Below, in pieces: positions 42,201-51,933 of a stretch of DNA of 64,000 bases. This DNA comes from Kiritimatiellia bacterium (GTDB lineage: Bacteria > Verrucomicrobiota > Kiritimatiellia > RFP12 > UBA1067). The position numbers and the translations under genes are program-made. The DNA lies in NCBI GenBank assembly GCA_050949565.1, contig JBMNFY010000017.1, forward strand, positions 832,001 through 896,000. Reading direction: 5' to 3'. The notes beneath the pieces were generated by a model that did no database searches, was not told where the DNA came from, and saw only the letters and a program-made list of their open reading frames with translations. Numbering within the stretch: position 1 is the stretch's first letter; each line of letters begins with the position of its first letter.

Positions 42201-43566
42201 ATGGAGTCAAGCCACACGGTATTGATATAGCTGCCGATACCGGGCAGCGGCGGCGTGTCGAGCAACCGCACACCGAAGGAACCGGTGAAGGTGGCGCCGG
42301 GGGTGAGCGTCGGGTAGTTCGTCCAGACCACCGCCGGGAAGGGCTCGCCGCCGGCCGGCGGCGTGTAGGCGGGTACATAAAAGCCACCTGCGGGCGAGAT
42401 GTCCACCACCGGGATGTCTGTCCCGCCAAGATTGGGATCGATCTTACCCATGAGGTCGGAGAGAGGTTGTCATAGACAACGACGCCGTACATCGTCTCGC
42501 GGCCCTCGCTGACGTAGCTATTGCGGGCCTCAAGGGTGAAGCGGTTGACCGTGCCGGGGAAGGTGTAGTTGCCGGAGGCGAGCGTGTAGATGCCCGCGCC
42601 CGTGCGCTTGGTCACGCCGGGGGCGGGAACACTCTTGATCAGCGTATTGACTGTGGCGGATTTCACCGTGTCGGCGTTGGCGGCCGACGCAGTGGCGCTA
42701 TTGGCGGTCTTGGAATCGTTGAGCGTGCCGTTCTTCGTGCGGACCGCGAACCAGAGCGTGTCGGTCGTGCCCTCGGGCTTGGTGCCGAGGTCCCAGTAGA
42801 CGCTACGGGCGGGGATCTCCACGCCGTGTACCGTTACCGGCACCGCCGTGTAGGTGCCGCCCTGCGAAGCTTCAACAAAGGAGACATCATCGTTCTGGCC
42901 GTGCTCGGCCGGGTAGGTCATCGTGCCGTCAGCCTTGAGCGGCAGTTTATCCCAGACGACGAGGTTCTTGGCCTCAACATAGCTAACCGAATAACGGATG
43001 CGGTAGACGATGCGCTGGCCCGCCAGCACCGACTCGGGAGCCGATTTGTCGAGCAGCAACACAGAAACCGGGGTTCAGGAGACCGCAAGGTCAGAGACCA
43101 TCGGCGACACAACACCTTCATTAAGGGCCACGATGACCGCCAATTCCGGGTGCGCCACGGGATCAATCTCCGCCAGCGATACCTCGCCGTCGTAGTCGAC
43201 AGGGCCGAGGACGGTCGCGCGGGTGAGCGCATTGATCACGCTAACCCGAACATCGGCAGGAGCCGACCAAGTACCGGAGAGCTTGAGCGTCCCCCAAGCG
43301 CCGAAGCTCGGCGGCTTGATGCGCACCGTCTCGTAATTGCCCGAGGTCTGGCCCGCGATCAGCTTGACGACGCCGGAGGCGGAGACGACGGTCGTTCCGG
43401 AGGTGGTGCGCACGCCCAGATTGTCATTGTACGTGTCCGTCCATGTGCCAGCATTGTTGTCGATGACCGGCGCGGCTATAGCGGCGCCGCCTAATGACAG
43501 AACCGCGGTCAGCGTAGCGAGCAAGCTGAAACCGCGGCAGATGAAACCCTTGGTCATTGCATGCAC
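33294..43566 (-). pseudogene. Giant (~3400 aa) cell-surface protein with DUF11 repeats, FG-GAP repeats, SdrD-B-like, choice-of-anchor-A and CARDB domains; split into four ORFs
   Basis: Signal peptide at 43566; many 'K....V..G....Y.I...N.G...A....D.LP' units; 'GDVNGDGVPDL' repeats; '[17 protein letters not shown]'; breaks at 43075 (in-frame TGA), ~42460 and ~37597 (2-bp insertions). Confidence 0.85.
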
Positions 43567-43800
43567 TATCGTCGTCCCTTTCTAAGCTACCGGGGTACAT
43601 CCCACCCATACCGCGACCGCACGTCCGCAACAAGCGGGATGGCATTACCACAGCACCTGAAAATTGATACACTCCGGGCGTGCCAGTAAGGTTTACATGA
43701 AAACAAAACCTTTTCCGCCCTCGAATGCGACATTTTATAGCCGATTTTACCCCCAGAAGTCAAGTGAAGTCCCGGATTTCCTAAATTTTCACACTCACTC

Positions 43801-43846
43801 TTGACCAACAACCATCCATGTGTTACGTTTTTACAAATCGTAACAC
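43801..43846 (+). promoter_or_regulatory. Sigma70 promoter overlapped by a palindromic NikR-like operator
   Basis: TTGACC-N17-TACGTT; perfect inverted repeat GTGTTACG-N11-CGTAACAC at 43820-43846. Confidence 0.65.
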
Positions 43847-43883
43847 CAGCAACTTCACAGTAAGCCATGCGAGGGTAGATCAC

Positions 43884-45812
43884 ATGACACTTCGGAAGCT
43901 CAGAAACCCGCTGTTCGCGGTACTCGGTACGGGCCTTTTGTCAGCAACAGCCCAGACGACAACCAACAGTGCGGACGCCGCGCGCGCCCCCGCATCGGAG
44001 ATTGAGGTTGAAGTGATAGCATCACCTATCACGCAGTTTGAAGAGACCACCCTCGACGGCGCGAACCGCGTGGTCGTGGGGCGCGACCAGCTTGATCGCC
44101 TGAGCGCCACCGACCTGCCGACTGCCCTGCGCCAAGTGCCCGGTGTCTCGATCTCGCGCTACAGCCCGGTCGGCGCCTATGGTGGCGCACAGGGCGGATC
44201 GGTCTACATCCGCGGAGCGGGCACGGCCCGGCCCGGCGGCGAGGTCCGGATCTATAGCGACGGCGTACCGCGTGAATCCGGCGTCTGGTCGCATCCGTTG
44301 ATGGATATCGTACCCATTGATTTCGCCGAACGCATCACCGTCGCCAAAAACCCGCAGCCGCAGCATTACGCCGGTACCTTCGGCGCGGTGGATGTCGAGA
44401 CCCGCAGGCGGCAGACCGAGGGGCACGAAGCCGAATTGTCCGCCGCTTACGGCCGTTTCAACACGCTGATCAGTTCTGCCGCAGCCGGTGGCAAGATCGA
44501 CCTGTTCGATTATTACGCCGGGGCCGCCTACAAATACTCGGAGGGCGCGCGCAAACATGGCGAGGCCGAACTGCGTAGCGCCTTTGCGCGGGCCGGATGG
44601 GATCTCTCCCCACATGACCATCTCTCGTACATCTTCCTGGGCACCGACAACTGGGTGCGTGATCCCGGCCCGAAAGGCGGTCCGAGGCCGCAACGCGACC
44701 AGTTCAACACCGAGACCCTGACCCACGCGGTTCGCCTCGAAACCCAACGCGACCGCATCCGCGGATACTCCTTGCTTTACTACGAGGACGGCGAAATCCG
44801 CTGGCGCAAGGACCATCTGTCCGACGGCGTCCTGACCTCACCGGCCGGCTTTTCCAACACCGACTGGGACAACTACGGATTCCGTTCGTCGTATGACATT
44901 CTGTTCGACCGCCTCACGCTCACCGGATCGCTGGACTCATGGTCCGAAGGCGGCGAGACCTGGAACATCCGTTCATTCGACAACCGGCGGGTCTGGGGCT
45001 ATAACGGACGTTTCTTCACCACGGCCCCCTACCTCGGTGCACGTTATGATTTTGACGTAGGCCACGACTGGACCCTCACGCCTTCGGTCGGCGCACGCCA
45101 CTACATCAGCACTGAGTTCGACGACAAAACCGCGCCCTGCGCCGCATTGACCCTCTCCCGCGAAAAGTTGAACATCTTTGTCTCCCACGCACGAGGCGTC
45201 CACTACCCCGGCGTTTACATCCGCGGTGTCTCACCCTCCACCTGGCGCACGCTGGAACCCGAAACGCTACACACCACCGAAGCGGGCGTCCAAATGGGAA
45301 TCGGTGAGCAGGCGGCGTTGCACACCACGTTGTTCCATACCGAGGTCGAAGACCGCATGGACTCAACCTCGGCCGGTTACTTCAACACCGGGGACATGAA
45401 GGCACAGGGAGCGGAAGTTTCGCTGCATCTCTATCCGCGCAATGACCTCTCATTTTTCGTGGGCGGCACCTACACCGATCCTGACACCCATCCGGTCTCG
45501 CGCATGCCGGAAGTCACCTTCACGGCGGGTAGCTCCTACCGCATCACGCACGCGCTCCGCTGGGATTTGGATGCCCAATACGTTACCACGCAGTACGCCT
45601 ACAGCATGCGCTCGATCAACCCTGACCTGGAAAAGCTCGATGACTATCTGGCCGTCAACACGCGCCTCTCGCTGGACCTGCGTGCGCTTTGCCCGCTGGA
45701 CGGCGAATTGTATGTGGCTGTCGAGAATCTGACCAACCGGCATTATGAATATTTTCCGGGCTACCCGATGCCGGGCATCATGTGGTACACTGGCATGAAG
45801 GTGAAGTTCTGA
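43884..45812 (+). CDS. TonB-dependent outer-membrane receptor
   Basis: Plug 'ALRQVPGV..IRG..DGVP', barrel 'LEPE', 'VENLTNRHY..PG', terminal Phe. Confidence 0.93.
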   Translation: MTLRKLRNPLFAVLGTGLLSATAQTTTNSADAARAPASEIEVEVIASPITQFEETTLDGANRVVVGRDQLDRLSATDLPTALRQVPGVSISRYSPVGAYGGAQGGSVYIRGAGTARPGGEVRIYSDGVPRESGVWSHPLMDIVPIDFAERITVAKNPQPQHYAGTFGAVDVETRRRQTEGHEAELSAAYGRFNTLISSAAAGGKIDLFDYYAGAAYKYSEGARKHGEAELRSAFARAGWDLSPHDHLSYIFLGTDNWVRDPGPKGGPRPQRDQFNTETLTHAVRLETQRDRIRGYSLLYYEDGEIRWRKDHLSDGVLTSPAGFSNTDWDNYGFRSSYDILFDRLTLTGSLDSWSEGGETWNIRSFDNRRVWGYNGRFFTTAPYLGARYDFDVGHDWTLTPSVGARHYISTEFDDKTAPCAALTLSREKLNIFVSHARGVHYPGVYIRGVSPSTWRTLEPETLHTTEAGVQMGIGEQAALHTTLFHTEVEDRMDSTSAGYFNTGDMKAQGAEVSLHLYPRNDLSFFVGGTYTDPDTHPVSRMPEVTFTAGSSYRITHALRWDLDAQYVTTQYAYSMRSINPDLEKLDDYLAVNTRLSLDLRALCPLDGELYVAVENLTNRHYEYFPGYPMPGIMWYTGMKVKF

Positions 45813-45880
45813 TGCGGGCGGAGCCCGCAACCCAGTTTAATCTCACACAAAGGCACAAAGGACACAAAGTTTTTTCACAA

Positions 45881-45981
45881 GAGGCTCTTACAAAACCCCT
45901 TGATTGCAGGTGTGGCACGGGCATCTTGCCCGTGTTTCATGGGCGAGACGCCCATGTCACGAGGGATTTTGCAAGCGCCTC
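45881..45981. mobile_element. ~100 bp MITE-like palindromic element, copy 2, intergenic
   Basis: GAGGCTCTTACAAAACCCCT...AGGGATTTTGCAAGCGCCTC; near-identical to 369-469. Confidence 0.8.
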
Positions 45982-46074
45982 ACAAATCCTATTCCCTTAG
46001 TGGCCTTCGTGCCTTCGTGTGAGGAACAATTTGCTCAATTTCGATGGAAGCTGGAGCCTGAGACCAGAAACCAC

Positions 46075-46623
46075 ATGATTCGGCCTAGAGAATATGCCTT
46101 TTGCGGCCTGTTCGGTGCGGCGGCGCTGTTGCTACCGACGCTTTTCCATCTGCTACATCTGGGGCATGTCTTCATGCCGATGTATCTGCCGCTGGTGGCG
46201 CTGGCTTTTTTTGTGCGCCCCGCTGCATCCGCGTTGACAGCTCTGCTGGTACCGTTGCTCTCCGGCGCGGTCACCGGCATGCCGCCCTTCATGCCGCCGG
46301 TCGCCCCGGTGATGGCGCTGGAACTGGCACTGATGGCGCTGATGATCGGCGTGTTGCGCCAAGCGGTGCCGCGCATGCCGGTCTGGTGTCTGCTCGCGCT
46401 CGCGTTGGCTGTCGGACGGATTGTGAACGCATCCCTGTTCTATGTCGCCGCGCGCATCTTGGAGTTGCCAGCCGGTTTCGTGGCCGGCATCTCGCTGCTC
46501 AGCGGCTGGCCGGGTCTGCTGCTAATGTTGGCGGTCATCCCCGGCCTCGTGCATGCCACCGGTCACGCGCAGTACCATATCCATGACCCCGGAGCCTCCC
46601 ATGACGAATCCCCTGTGTCCTGA
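46075..46623 (+). CDS. ECF transporter substrate-specific S component
   Basis: ~180 aa, about 6 TM, 'FHLLHLGHVFMPMYLP', 'PLLS..TGMPP..P.M.LEL', 'GWPGL'. Confidence 0.8.
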   Translation: MIRPREYAFCGLFGAAALLLPTLFHLLHLGHVFMPMYLPLVALAFFVRPAASALTALLVPLLSGAVTGMPPFMPPVAPVMALELALMALMIGVLRQAVPRMPVWCLLALALAVGRIVNASLFYVAARILELPAGFVAGISLLSGWPGLLLMLAVIPGLVHATGHAQYHIHDPGASHDESPVS

Positions 46624-47227
46624 TCCGCGACAACCCTTTTTCGACAGTATCGCCGACGCCTGGGACGGCTGGCACGACCTGCCCGCGCTCAACGCGCAAC
46701 TGGCCGATTTCTTTGAGCACGTCGGCGTGCAACCGGACGAGTCGGTCGTGGATGTCGGCTGCGGCACCGGCAACCTGACGCTCGCCCTGCTCGCGTGGCT
46801 CGGCCCGCAAGGTCGAGTGACCGCGCTCGACATCTCGCCGGCCATGTTGGCGCGCGCCGCGCGCAAGACGACCGACGCGCGCGTGACGTGGCACGAGGCA
46901 CCGGCCGACCGCATACCGCTGCCAAACGGAACATGCGACCGCATCCTCTGCTTTTCCGCCTGGCCTCATTTCGACCGTCTGGACCACGTAGTCGCCGAGT
47001 TCAGCCGCGTGCTGTGTCCCGGCGGTCAGGCCCACATCCTGCATCTGATCTCCAAGGAAGAGGTCAACCGCATTCACAGCGAGGCCCATCCCACCGTCCG
47101 CGCCGACCGCCTGCCGCCGGTTGACGATGTGGCCGATCTCTTCCGCGCGAACAGCTTTACGGTGATCGAGACCGAAGACAACGCATCGCGTTACCTGCTG
47201 AGCGTGCGCAAGGAGCCGAGAGCATGA
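46601..47227 (+). CDS. Class I SAM-dependent methyltransferase
   Basis: 'FFDSIADAWD', 'VVDVGCGTG', 'LDISPAML', 'RVLCPGG'. Confidence 0.9.
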   Translation: MTNPLCPDPRQPFFDSIADAWDGWHDLPALNAQLADFFEHVGVQPDESVVDVGCGTGNLTLALLAWLGPQGRVTALDISPAMLARAARKTTDARVTWHEAPADRIPLPNGTCDRILCFSAWPHFDRLDHVVAEFSRVLCPGGQAHILHLISKEEVNRIHSEAHPTVRADRLPPVDDVADLFRANSFTVIETEDNASRYLLSVRKEPRA

Positions 47228-47976
47228 TCGCTTTCAGCGAGGCTTTTGGTGGCGGCAACGGCGCGGCGCGGCGGCTTGCCCCCGCCGTGCGCCTGTTGTG
47301 CGGCGCGTGGGTCTTTGTCTGCTGCGCGGTCGTCCCGCTCGATTCGCCGGCGGGTATCGCGCTCTTTGTTGTCGCGTGGTTGGCCTGGCTGTTCGGTTGC
47401 GCCATGCCGCCGCGACGGCTTGCCCTGTCGCTGGGCTTCGCCATCTGCCTCTTCACGCCACTATTGCTGCTGGCACCTGTTGCGTACTGGAACGGCTCCG
47501 CCGCAACGTGGACCGGGGCGTTGCGGGCACCGCTACGTGTCGGTGTGCGCGGCGTGGCGGGCGTCACGATAGGCGTCGGCGCGCTATCGCTGATCCCGCT
47601 CTCCGAGTTTGCCGACGCGGTGGCGGCCTTGCCCTTGCCGCGCGCCGTAACCAGCCTGCTGGTGCAGATCGTGCATCAGGCCGCGTTGCTGACCGACGAA
47701 ACGCGACGCATGGCCGATGCCCTGCGGGTGCGCGGCGTAGCCTCAGCGCGACTCGCCGTTCGGCTGCGCGTGGTGACAACGTTCCCGGCCAGTTGGTTGA
47801 CGCGGCTGGCGCTGCGTGCCGCGCGCGCAGGCGATGCGATGGAGGTGCGCGGTTTTGACGGCCTGCCGCCGAGTGTGCCGCCCCTGACTTTTTCCCGTTC
47901 CGACTGGCTGGCACTGACCGCTACCACCCTGCTCGCCGTGGGTGCGCTTGTGCTGCGCTGGAGGGGGTTCGCATGA
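47224..47976 (+). CDS. ECF transporter transmembrane T component (CbiQ/NikQ-like)
   Basis: TM helices, 'ALRVRG' and 'AMEVRGF' X-R-X motifs; ATGA coupling. Confidence 0.85.
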   Translation: MIAFSEAFGGGNGAARRLAPAVRLLCGAWVFVCCAVVPLDSPAGIALFVVAWLAWLFGCAMPPRRLALSLGFAICLFTPLLLLAPVAYWNGSAATWTGALRAPLRVGVRGVAGVTIGVGALSLIPLSEFADAVAALPLPRAVTSLLVQIVHQAALLTDETRRMADALRVRGVASARLAVRLRVVTTFPASWLTRLALRAARAGDAMEVRGFDGLPPSVPPLTFSRSDWLALTATTLLAVGALVLRWRGFA

Positions 47977-48677
47977 GCGCGGCACTCGCCATCCATGATC
48001 TGCGTGTCGCCTATCGTGCGGGCGACCCCGAAGTTCTGCGCGGCATCTCCCTGACGCTCGAACCCGGCGAACACTGCGCCCTGCTGGGGCTCAACGGCTC
48101 GGGCAAGACCACGTTGCTGCGTGCGGTCGCGGGGTTGCAGCCCTTCAATGGAACGATCACGGTCTGCGGCATCGCGCTCCAGCGCGAGACGGTGCGCGAC
48201 GTGCGCGACCGGATCGGATTTCTCTTCAGCACGCCCGATGACCAGCTCCTGTTTCCGCAGGTGCTGACCGACGTGTCGTTTGCTCTGGAACGAGCCGGTC
48301 GCCCGCAGGCGGAAGCGCGCGAAGCGGCACTTCAGACGTTAGAGGCGCTGGGAATTGCGGCCTACGCCGAGCGCGCGCCGCACACGCTGTCGCAAGGCCA
48401 ACGCCAGCGGGTGGCGTTGGCGGGAGCACTGGTTGCGCAACCGCCGCTGCTGTTGCTGGACGAACCCACCGCCTCGCTGGATCCGGTCGGACGCGATGAA
48501 CTCGCACAGGTGCTGACGCGTCAACCGGCGGCGCTGCTGCTCGCCACGCACGACCTCGCCTTCGCGCGGCAGGTCGCCCGGCGCTTCATCATGCTTGAAG
48601 ACGGAAAGATCACCGCTGACACCGACGCCCCCGCGCACATCGAAGCGGCCTTCGCGCGGGAACGAAGAGTTTTTTGA
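47973..48677 (+). CDS. ECF transporter ATPase (CbiO/NikO-like)
   Basis: 'GLNGSGKTT', 'PDDQLLF', 'LSQGQRQRVALAG', 'LLLDEPT'. Confidence 0.92.
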   Translation: MSAALAIHDLRVAYRAGDPEVLRGISLTLEPGEHCALLGLNGSGKTTLLRAVAGLQPFNGTITVCGIALQRETVRDVRDRIGFLFSTPDDQLLFPQVLTDVSFALERAGRPQAEAREAALQTLEALGIAAYAERAPHTLSQGQRQRVALAGALVAQPPLLLLDEPTASLDPVGRDELAQVLTRQPAALLLATHDLAFARQVARRFIMLEDGKITADTDAPAHIEAAFARERRVF

Positions 48678-48741
48678 TTTTAACGTAGAGGTGCAGAGAC
48701 GCAGAATTTTTTGCGGGGGCTGCCGGGACTGCGGGTACTGT

Positions 48742-48947
48742 GGGCGGCGTTCACGCCGCCGGTCAAGCAGACGCTTGACCCTCCCGGCGCTTCGCGAGCC
48801 TGACGGAAGTATCTGGAGTGCGGCGGCAAGCGGTATTCCGCGCGACGCCGCTTTTTGGGCAGGAGTGCAGCGGAGGGCGGCGCGTAAAAGCGGTGCCGCG
48901 ACCCGCGCACAGCGCGGCTCTCTTACTTCCGCCCTGCCCGCTATTCA
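48742..48947. repeat. ~200 bp composite REP module, copy A
   Basis: Direct repeat with 50380-50586. Confidence 0.9.
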
Positions 48948-49541
48948 CTATTCACTTCTTTTGTCATTTTGAAGTTTTAACTTGCGCATGAAATCCAAAC
49001 TCTCTTCAGTTGATTGACACTCCTTGAAAAGAATGAGCATCGCGCAGTCAACATCTGCCAAGCTATGTTCGACTTTTGCCGCCTGATTAAAGAACGGCAC
49101 GGGGTCTTTCGGCTGAGAGCTAAAGGCTCCCGCCAGCACCTTCATCCCTTTGTATTCTGTTGCTAGGTGGATTGTAGCCTTATACTCCCCTTTTGCCTGC
49201 CCACCCGTAAAAACGAATTTCTCAAAAATCGGCTCCGCCTTGAAATCGTGCAACGCATCGCCAGCCACTAAAGCATATCCATGCTGGCCGTTTCTTTGCC
49301 CCCATACAAGCTCAAATGTCGCATCCTTCAGAGGCGAGAGATGCCCATTGCTCAAGCATTCAAATTTGACGAACTGCCCTTTTTCGATGCGTGCAAGCGC
49401 ATAGACATGGATGACCTTCCGCTTGACCGCTGTTAACGTGGTTCCCGCTGACCTTAACCCCAAAAACGCTCTTACTCCCCGATCTGGACCAGCCATCGTT
49501 GACGCGGCAAAAAAGAGTGCGATAAGTACAAGTGTCTTCAT
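48948..49541 (-). CDS. Secreted hypothetical protein (AT-richer)
   Basis: 'MKTLVLIALFFAASTMA' signal peptide; AGGAGA RBS; ATGA overlap with upstream gene. Confidence 0.7.
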   Translation of the reverse strand: MKTLVLIALFFAASTMAGPDRGVRAFLGLRSAGTTLTAVKRKVIHVYALARIEKGQFVKFECLSNGHLSPLKDATFELVWGQRNGQHGYALVAGDALHDFKAEPIFEKFVFTGGQAKGEYKATIHLATEYKGMKVLAGAFSSQPKDPVPFFNQAAKVEHSLADVDCAMLILFKECQSTEESLDFMRKLKLQNDKRSE

Positions 49542-50164
49542 TTTTTCTCCTTGAAGGCACTGGGATCGACTTTGGGGGGCGAAGCTCTTGGGTGCCCCCA
49601 ATTCGGCTCGCCTTTTCTCAAAATGGGGTTGCCGTCCGCGTCTCTTGGCTGAAGAACCGAAAAATCCTGAGGCAACCTGTACTGCCAGTTGAACAGGCCA
49701 TAAACAACCTTGAACGAGAACCCAGCATCTTGGTGTCCAGTAAGAGGAACAAAGTTACCGTTGGAGTCCTTCTTCAAATAAGCCAAATAGCCCGTCCTCC
49801 GTTTTTCTGGAAGGCAAAGCTCTTCATAGAAGGGCGCGGGCAGAATGCCGTTGAACCCTGGACGGCCACCTGGATCTTGGACAAAGGTTATCGAAATCAT
49901 ATTGGTGTTCAAGTCACCTTTGAAACATGAGCGCACGTAACAGTTGGCGGTAAAAACCGAATACTCGCCACCATTGTGTAACCTGACAAATTCAGCAGGA
50001 ATATCGGTCAGTTCAACAATGTTTGAGACGCTCAAGAGAAGGATGTAATCGGACTGCTTCTGAAAGTCGTCGTAGGTCAGTCGCATGTCAACCGGTCTCG
50101 CCTTTAGAGACAGGACTAGCAACACAAAACACATGATCGTTATCTTACACGTCTTCATACTCAT
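49538..50164 (-). CDS. Secreted hypothetical protein (AT-richer)
   Basis: Signal-like N-terminus, 'QSDYILLLSV', 'YLAYLK'. Confidence 0.65.
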   Translation of the reverse strand: MSMKTCKITIMCFVLLVLSLKARPVDMRLTYDDFQKQSDYILLLSVSNIVELTDIPAEFVRLHNGGEYSVFTANCYVRSCFKGDLNTNMISITFVQDPGGRPGFNGILPAPFYEELCLPEKRRTGYLAYLKKDSNGNFVPLTGHQDAGFSFKVVYGLFNWQYRLPQDFSVLQPRDADGNPILRKGEPNWGHPRASPPKVDPSAFKEKK

Positions 50165-50379
50165 TGCTCCAACGCACAGCGTTATCGAGTCCGCCTCGCG
50201 AAGGCGGGCAGTCCCGAATGATGTGGTCATGTTAGTTGCTCGGGCCATATAGGGTCAAGCGTACATTGTGGTCGGAAAGATTTGCCGAAAGGATCTGACC
50301 TAAAACGCGCGGTTACTTGGGGGTTCGGACATTGCACTTCGATGTTCGATGTTGGGCGTTCTGCGTTCAGCGTTCGAAG

Positions 50380-50586
50380 TGGCGGCGAGACCGCCGCCGG
50401 TCAAGCAGACGCTTGACCCTCCCGGCGCTTCGCTAGCCTGACGGAAGGTTCTGGAGTGCGGCGGCAAGCGGTATTCCGCGCGACACCGCTTTTTGAGCAG
50501 GAGTGCAGCAACAGGGCGACGCGCAAAAGCGGTACCACCCTTACATCTTACCTATTACCTCTTACTTCCGCCCTGCCCTCTATTCA
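50380..50586. repeat. ~200 bp composite REP module, copy B
   Basis: Direct repeat with 48742-48947; ends on the stop codon of the DUF3592-like gene. Confidence 0.9.
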
Positions 50587-51099
50587 TCTTGTTGTCACGA
50601 GCGTGTTAAGAATACCGGTATCGCTCAAAGAACTGGTCAGCCACAACGCCGCGAAACCCGTTGTAAATAACAGCCACGTTGTTCCAAACACGAGCAAAAT
50701 GATCGTAGACAGGTTTAGTCCGTACGACAACACCGCCCGCGACGGATTGGCGGGGTCATATCGAACGAGTACGGTTTTGGCCGCCGCAAGCCTATCCGCT
50801 ATTTCTTGATGCATCGATCTCTGGCCACTGCCAGCATAACCAAATGCGATTCGATCACCCGTATGCTGCTTGCCGGCAACCGTATAGTTGTACCGCACGT
50901 CTACCCTGTAAGTTGGTCCCCCTTCCGAGTCGCTTGATTCAGTGACCATACAGGTTTCGATGTGCCCTTTAGTCGTCGGCCATGTCTTCGCCTTGTTGGA
51001 CAGGACCAGGCTGCGTATGCCGTAGCCGAGGATGCCGAACCCAACGACGAAGAACAACGATATGAACAGCGTGAAACCGATTGTAGGCATGACCTTCAT
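50584..51099 (-). CDS. DUF3592-like membrane protein
   Basis: TM-'WPTTKGHI..YRVDVRYNYTVAG..VRYDPANPSRAVL'-TM. Confidence 0.8.
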   Translation of the reverse strand: MKVMPTIGFTLFISLFFVVGFGILGYGIRSLVLSNKAKTWPTTKGHIETCMVTESSDSEGGPTYRVDVRYNYTVAGKQHTGDRIAFGYAGSGQRSMHQEIADRLAAAKTVLVRYDPANPSRAVLSYGLNLSTIILLVFGTTWLLFTTGFAALWLTSSLSDTGILNTLVTTR

Positions 51100-51156
51100 C
51101 TTTCTCCTGCCAACGTTATAGTGTCATCGAACCCGCCCCGCGAAAGTGGGCAACCT

Positions 51157-51342
51157 TCAAATGAAGTCGATACAACTTGCAAGTTGACCAAAGCCAATAA
51201 ACAACCAAAAAAGGCATAAAGGGACGTAGAGCGCGATGCAGGCAACCGTGACCCATTTGTTTGTGATGCAAAAGGGAACAATGCCTGAAATCAACAAAAT
51301 CAGAGTATAAACCGCAATCAGATGTTTTGTTCTGCGTTTCAT
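51157..51342 (-). CDS. Small two-TM hypothetical protein or gene fragment
   Basis: 61 aa hydrophobic ORF, AT-rich. Confidence 0.4.
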   Translation of the reverse strand: MKRRTKHLIAVYTLILLISGIVPFCITNKWVTVACIALYVPLCLFWLFIGFGQLASCIDFI

Positions 51343-51365
51343 TTTTGTTGGCGCACTATTGCATT

Positions 51366-51596
51366 TCATGAGAGGAGGGCGAAAGCCTTAGCAAAGACTT
51401 GATCGGCATCGCAAAGGACGACATCCCCACGATCCATCTCCGCACAACGCCGACACACCTCCTGCTTCCATTTCTCAGGAAGCGAGGGAGAATCAAGCGC
51501 ATCAAGGCTTTCAATCAACTTTTCTGCAACAAATGCTCTCAAAGGCGTCGGCAACTCGAGGGCATCCATGATAACCTGCTCGGCTGTAATGCTCAT
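51366..51596 (-). CDS. Addiction-module antitoxin component (TIGR02574-like), no adjacent toxin
   Basis: 'ALELP...RAFVAEKLIESLD......W..EV.RR..E...G.V....QVF'; AAGGAG RBS. Confidence 0.8.
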   Translation of the reverse strand: MSITAEQVIMDALELPTPLRAFVAEKLIESLDALDSPSLPEKWKQEVCRRCAEMDRGDVVLCDADQVFAKAFALLS

Positions 51597-51933
51597 GTAT
51601 TGATCTTGCTCCTTTCCCGAGTTAACTCTGGAAGCAACGTAGCATAGTTGGGAAAGGGGGCGCAATGAAACTTCCAAAAATCTGGCGAAACAGAGCTGTT
51701 TCCCTTTCGTATTTTTGGTGTTTTTCGTGGTTAAAAATCTCCTATTACCAAAAAAAGCGGCGGGCAGACTTGACATCCACCGCACCGCTCTTTTGACCGG
51801 AGTCAGGTACCGGAACAACTCCTTGCCTATAACTTGGAGCGTTAAACGTTTTTTAACTCAGAACGCTGAACGTTGAACTCTGAACTCTGAATTCAAAAAC
51901 TCCTAAATCCTAACTCCTCCCTCCTAACTCGCA

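Noticed and set aside
17728-43077. Genetic code 4/25 or selenocysteine explaining the two internal TGA codons
   Set aside because: rpoA, rnhB, the ECF genes and others terminate at TGA; the positions look like Trp, not catalytic Cys, and no SECIS-like context was established
43600-43880. Cobalamin riboswitch upstream of the TonB receptor
   Set aside because: No B12-box or GGGAA core recognised; the predicted leader is too short, and a palindromic operator explains the region better
48948-51596. Complete integron
   Set aside because: No tyrosine recombinase and no full attC with matching RYYYAAC/GTTRRRY ends could be delineated; kept only as a cassette-like finding
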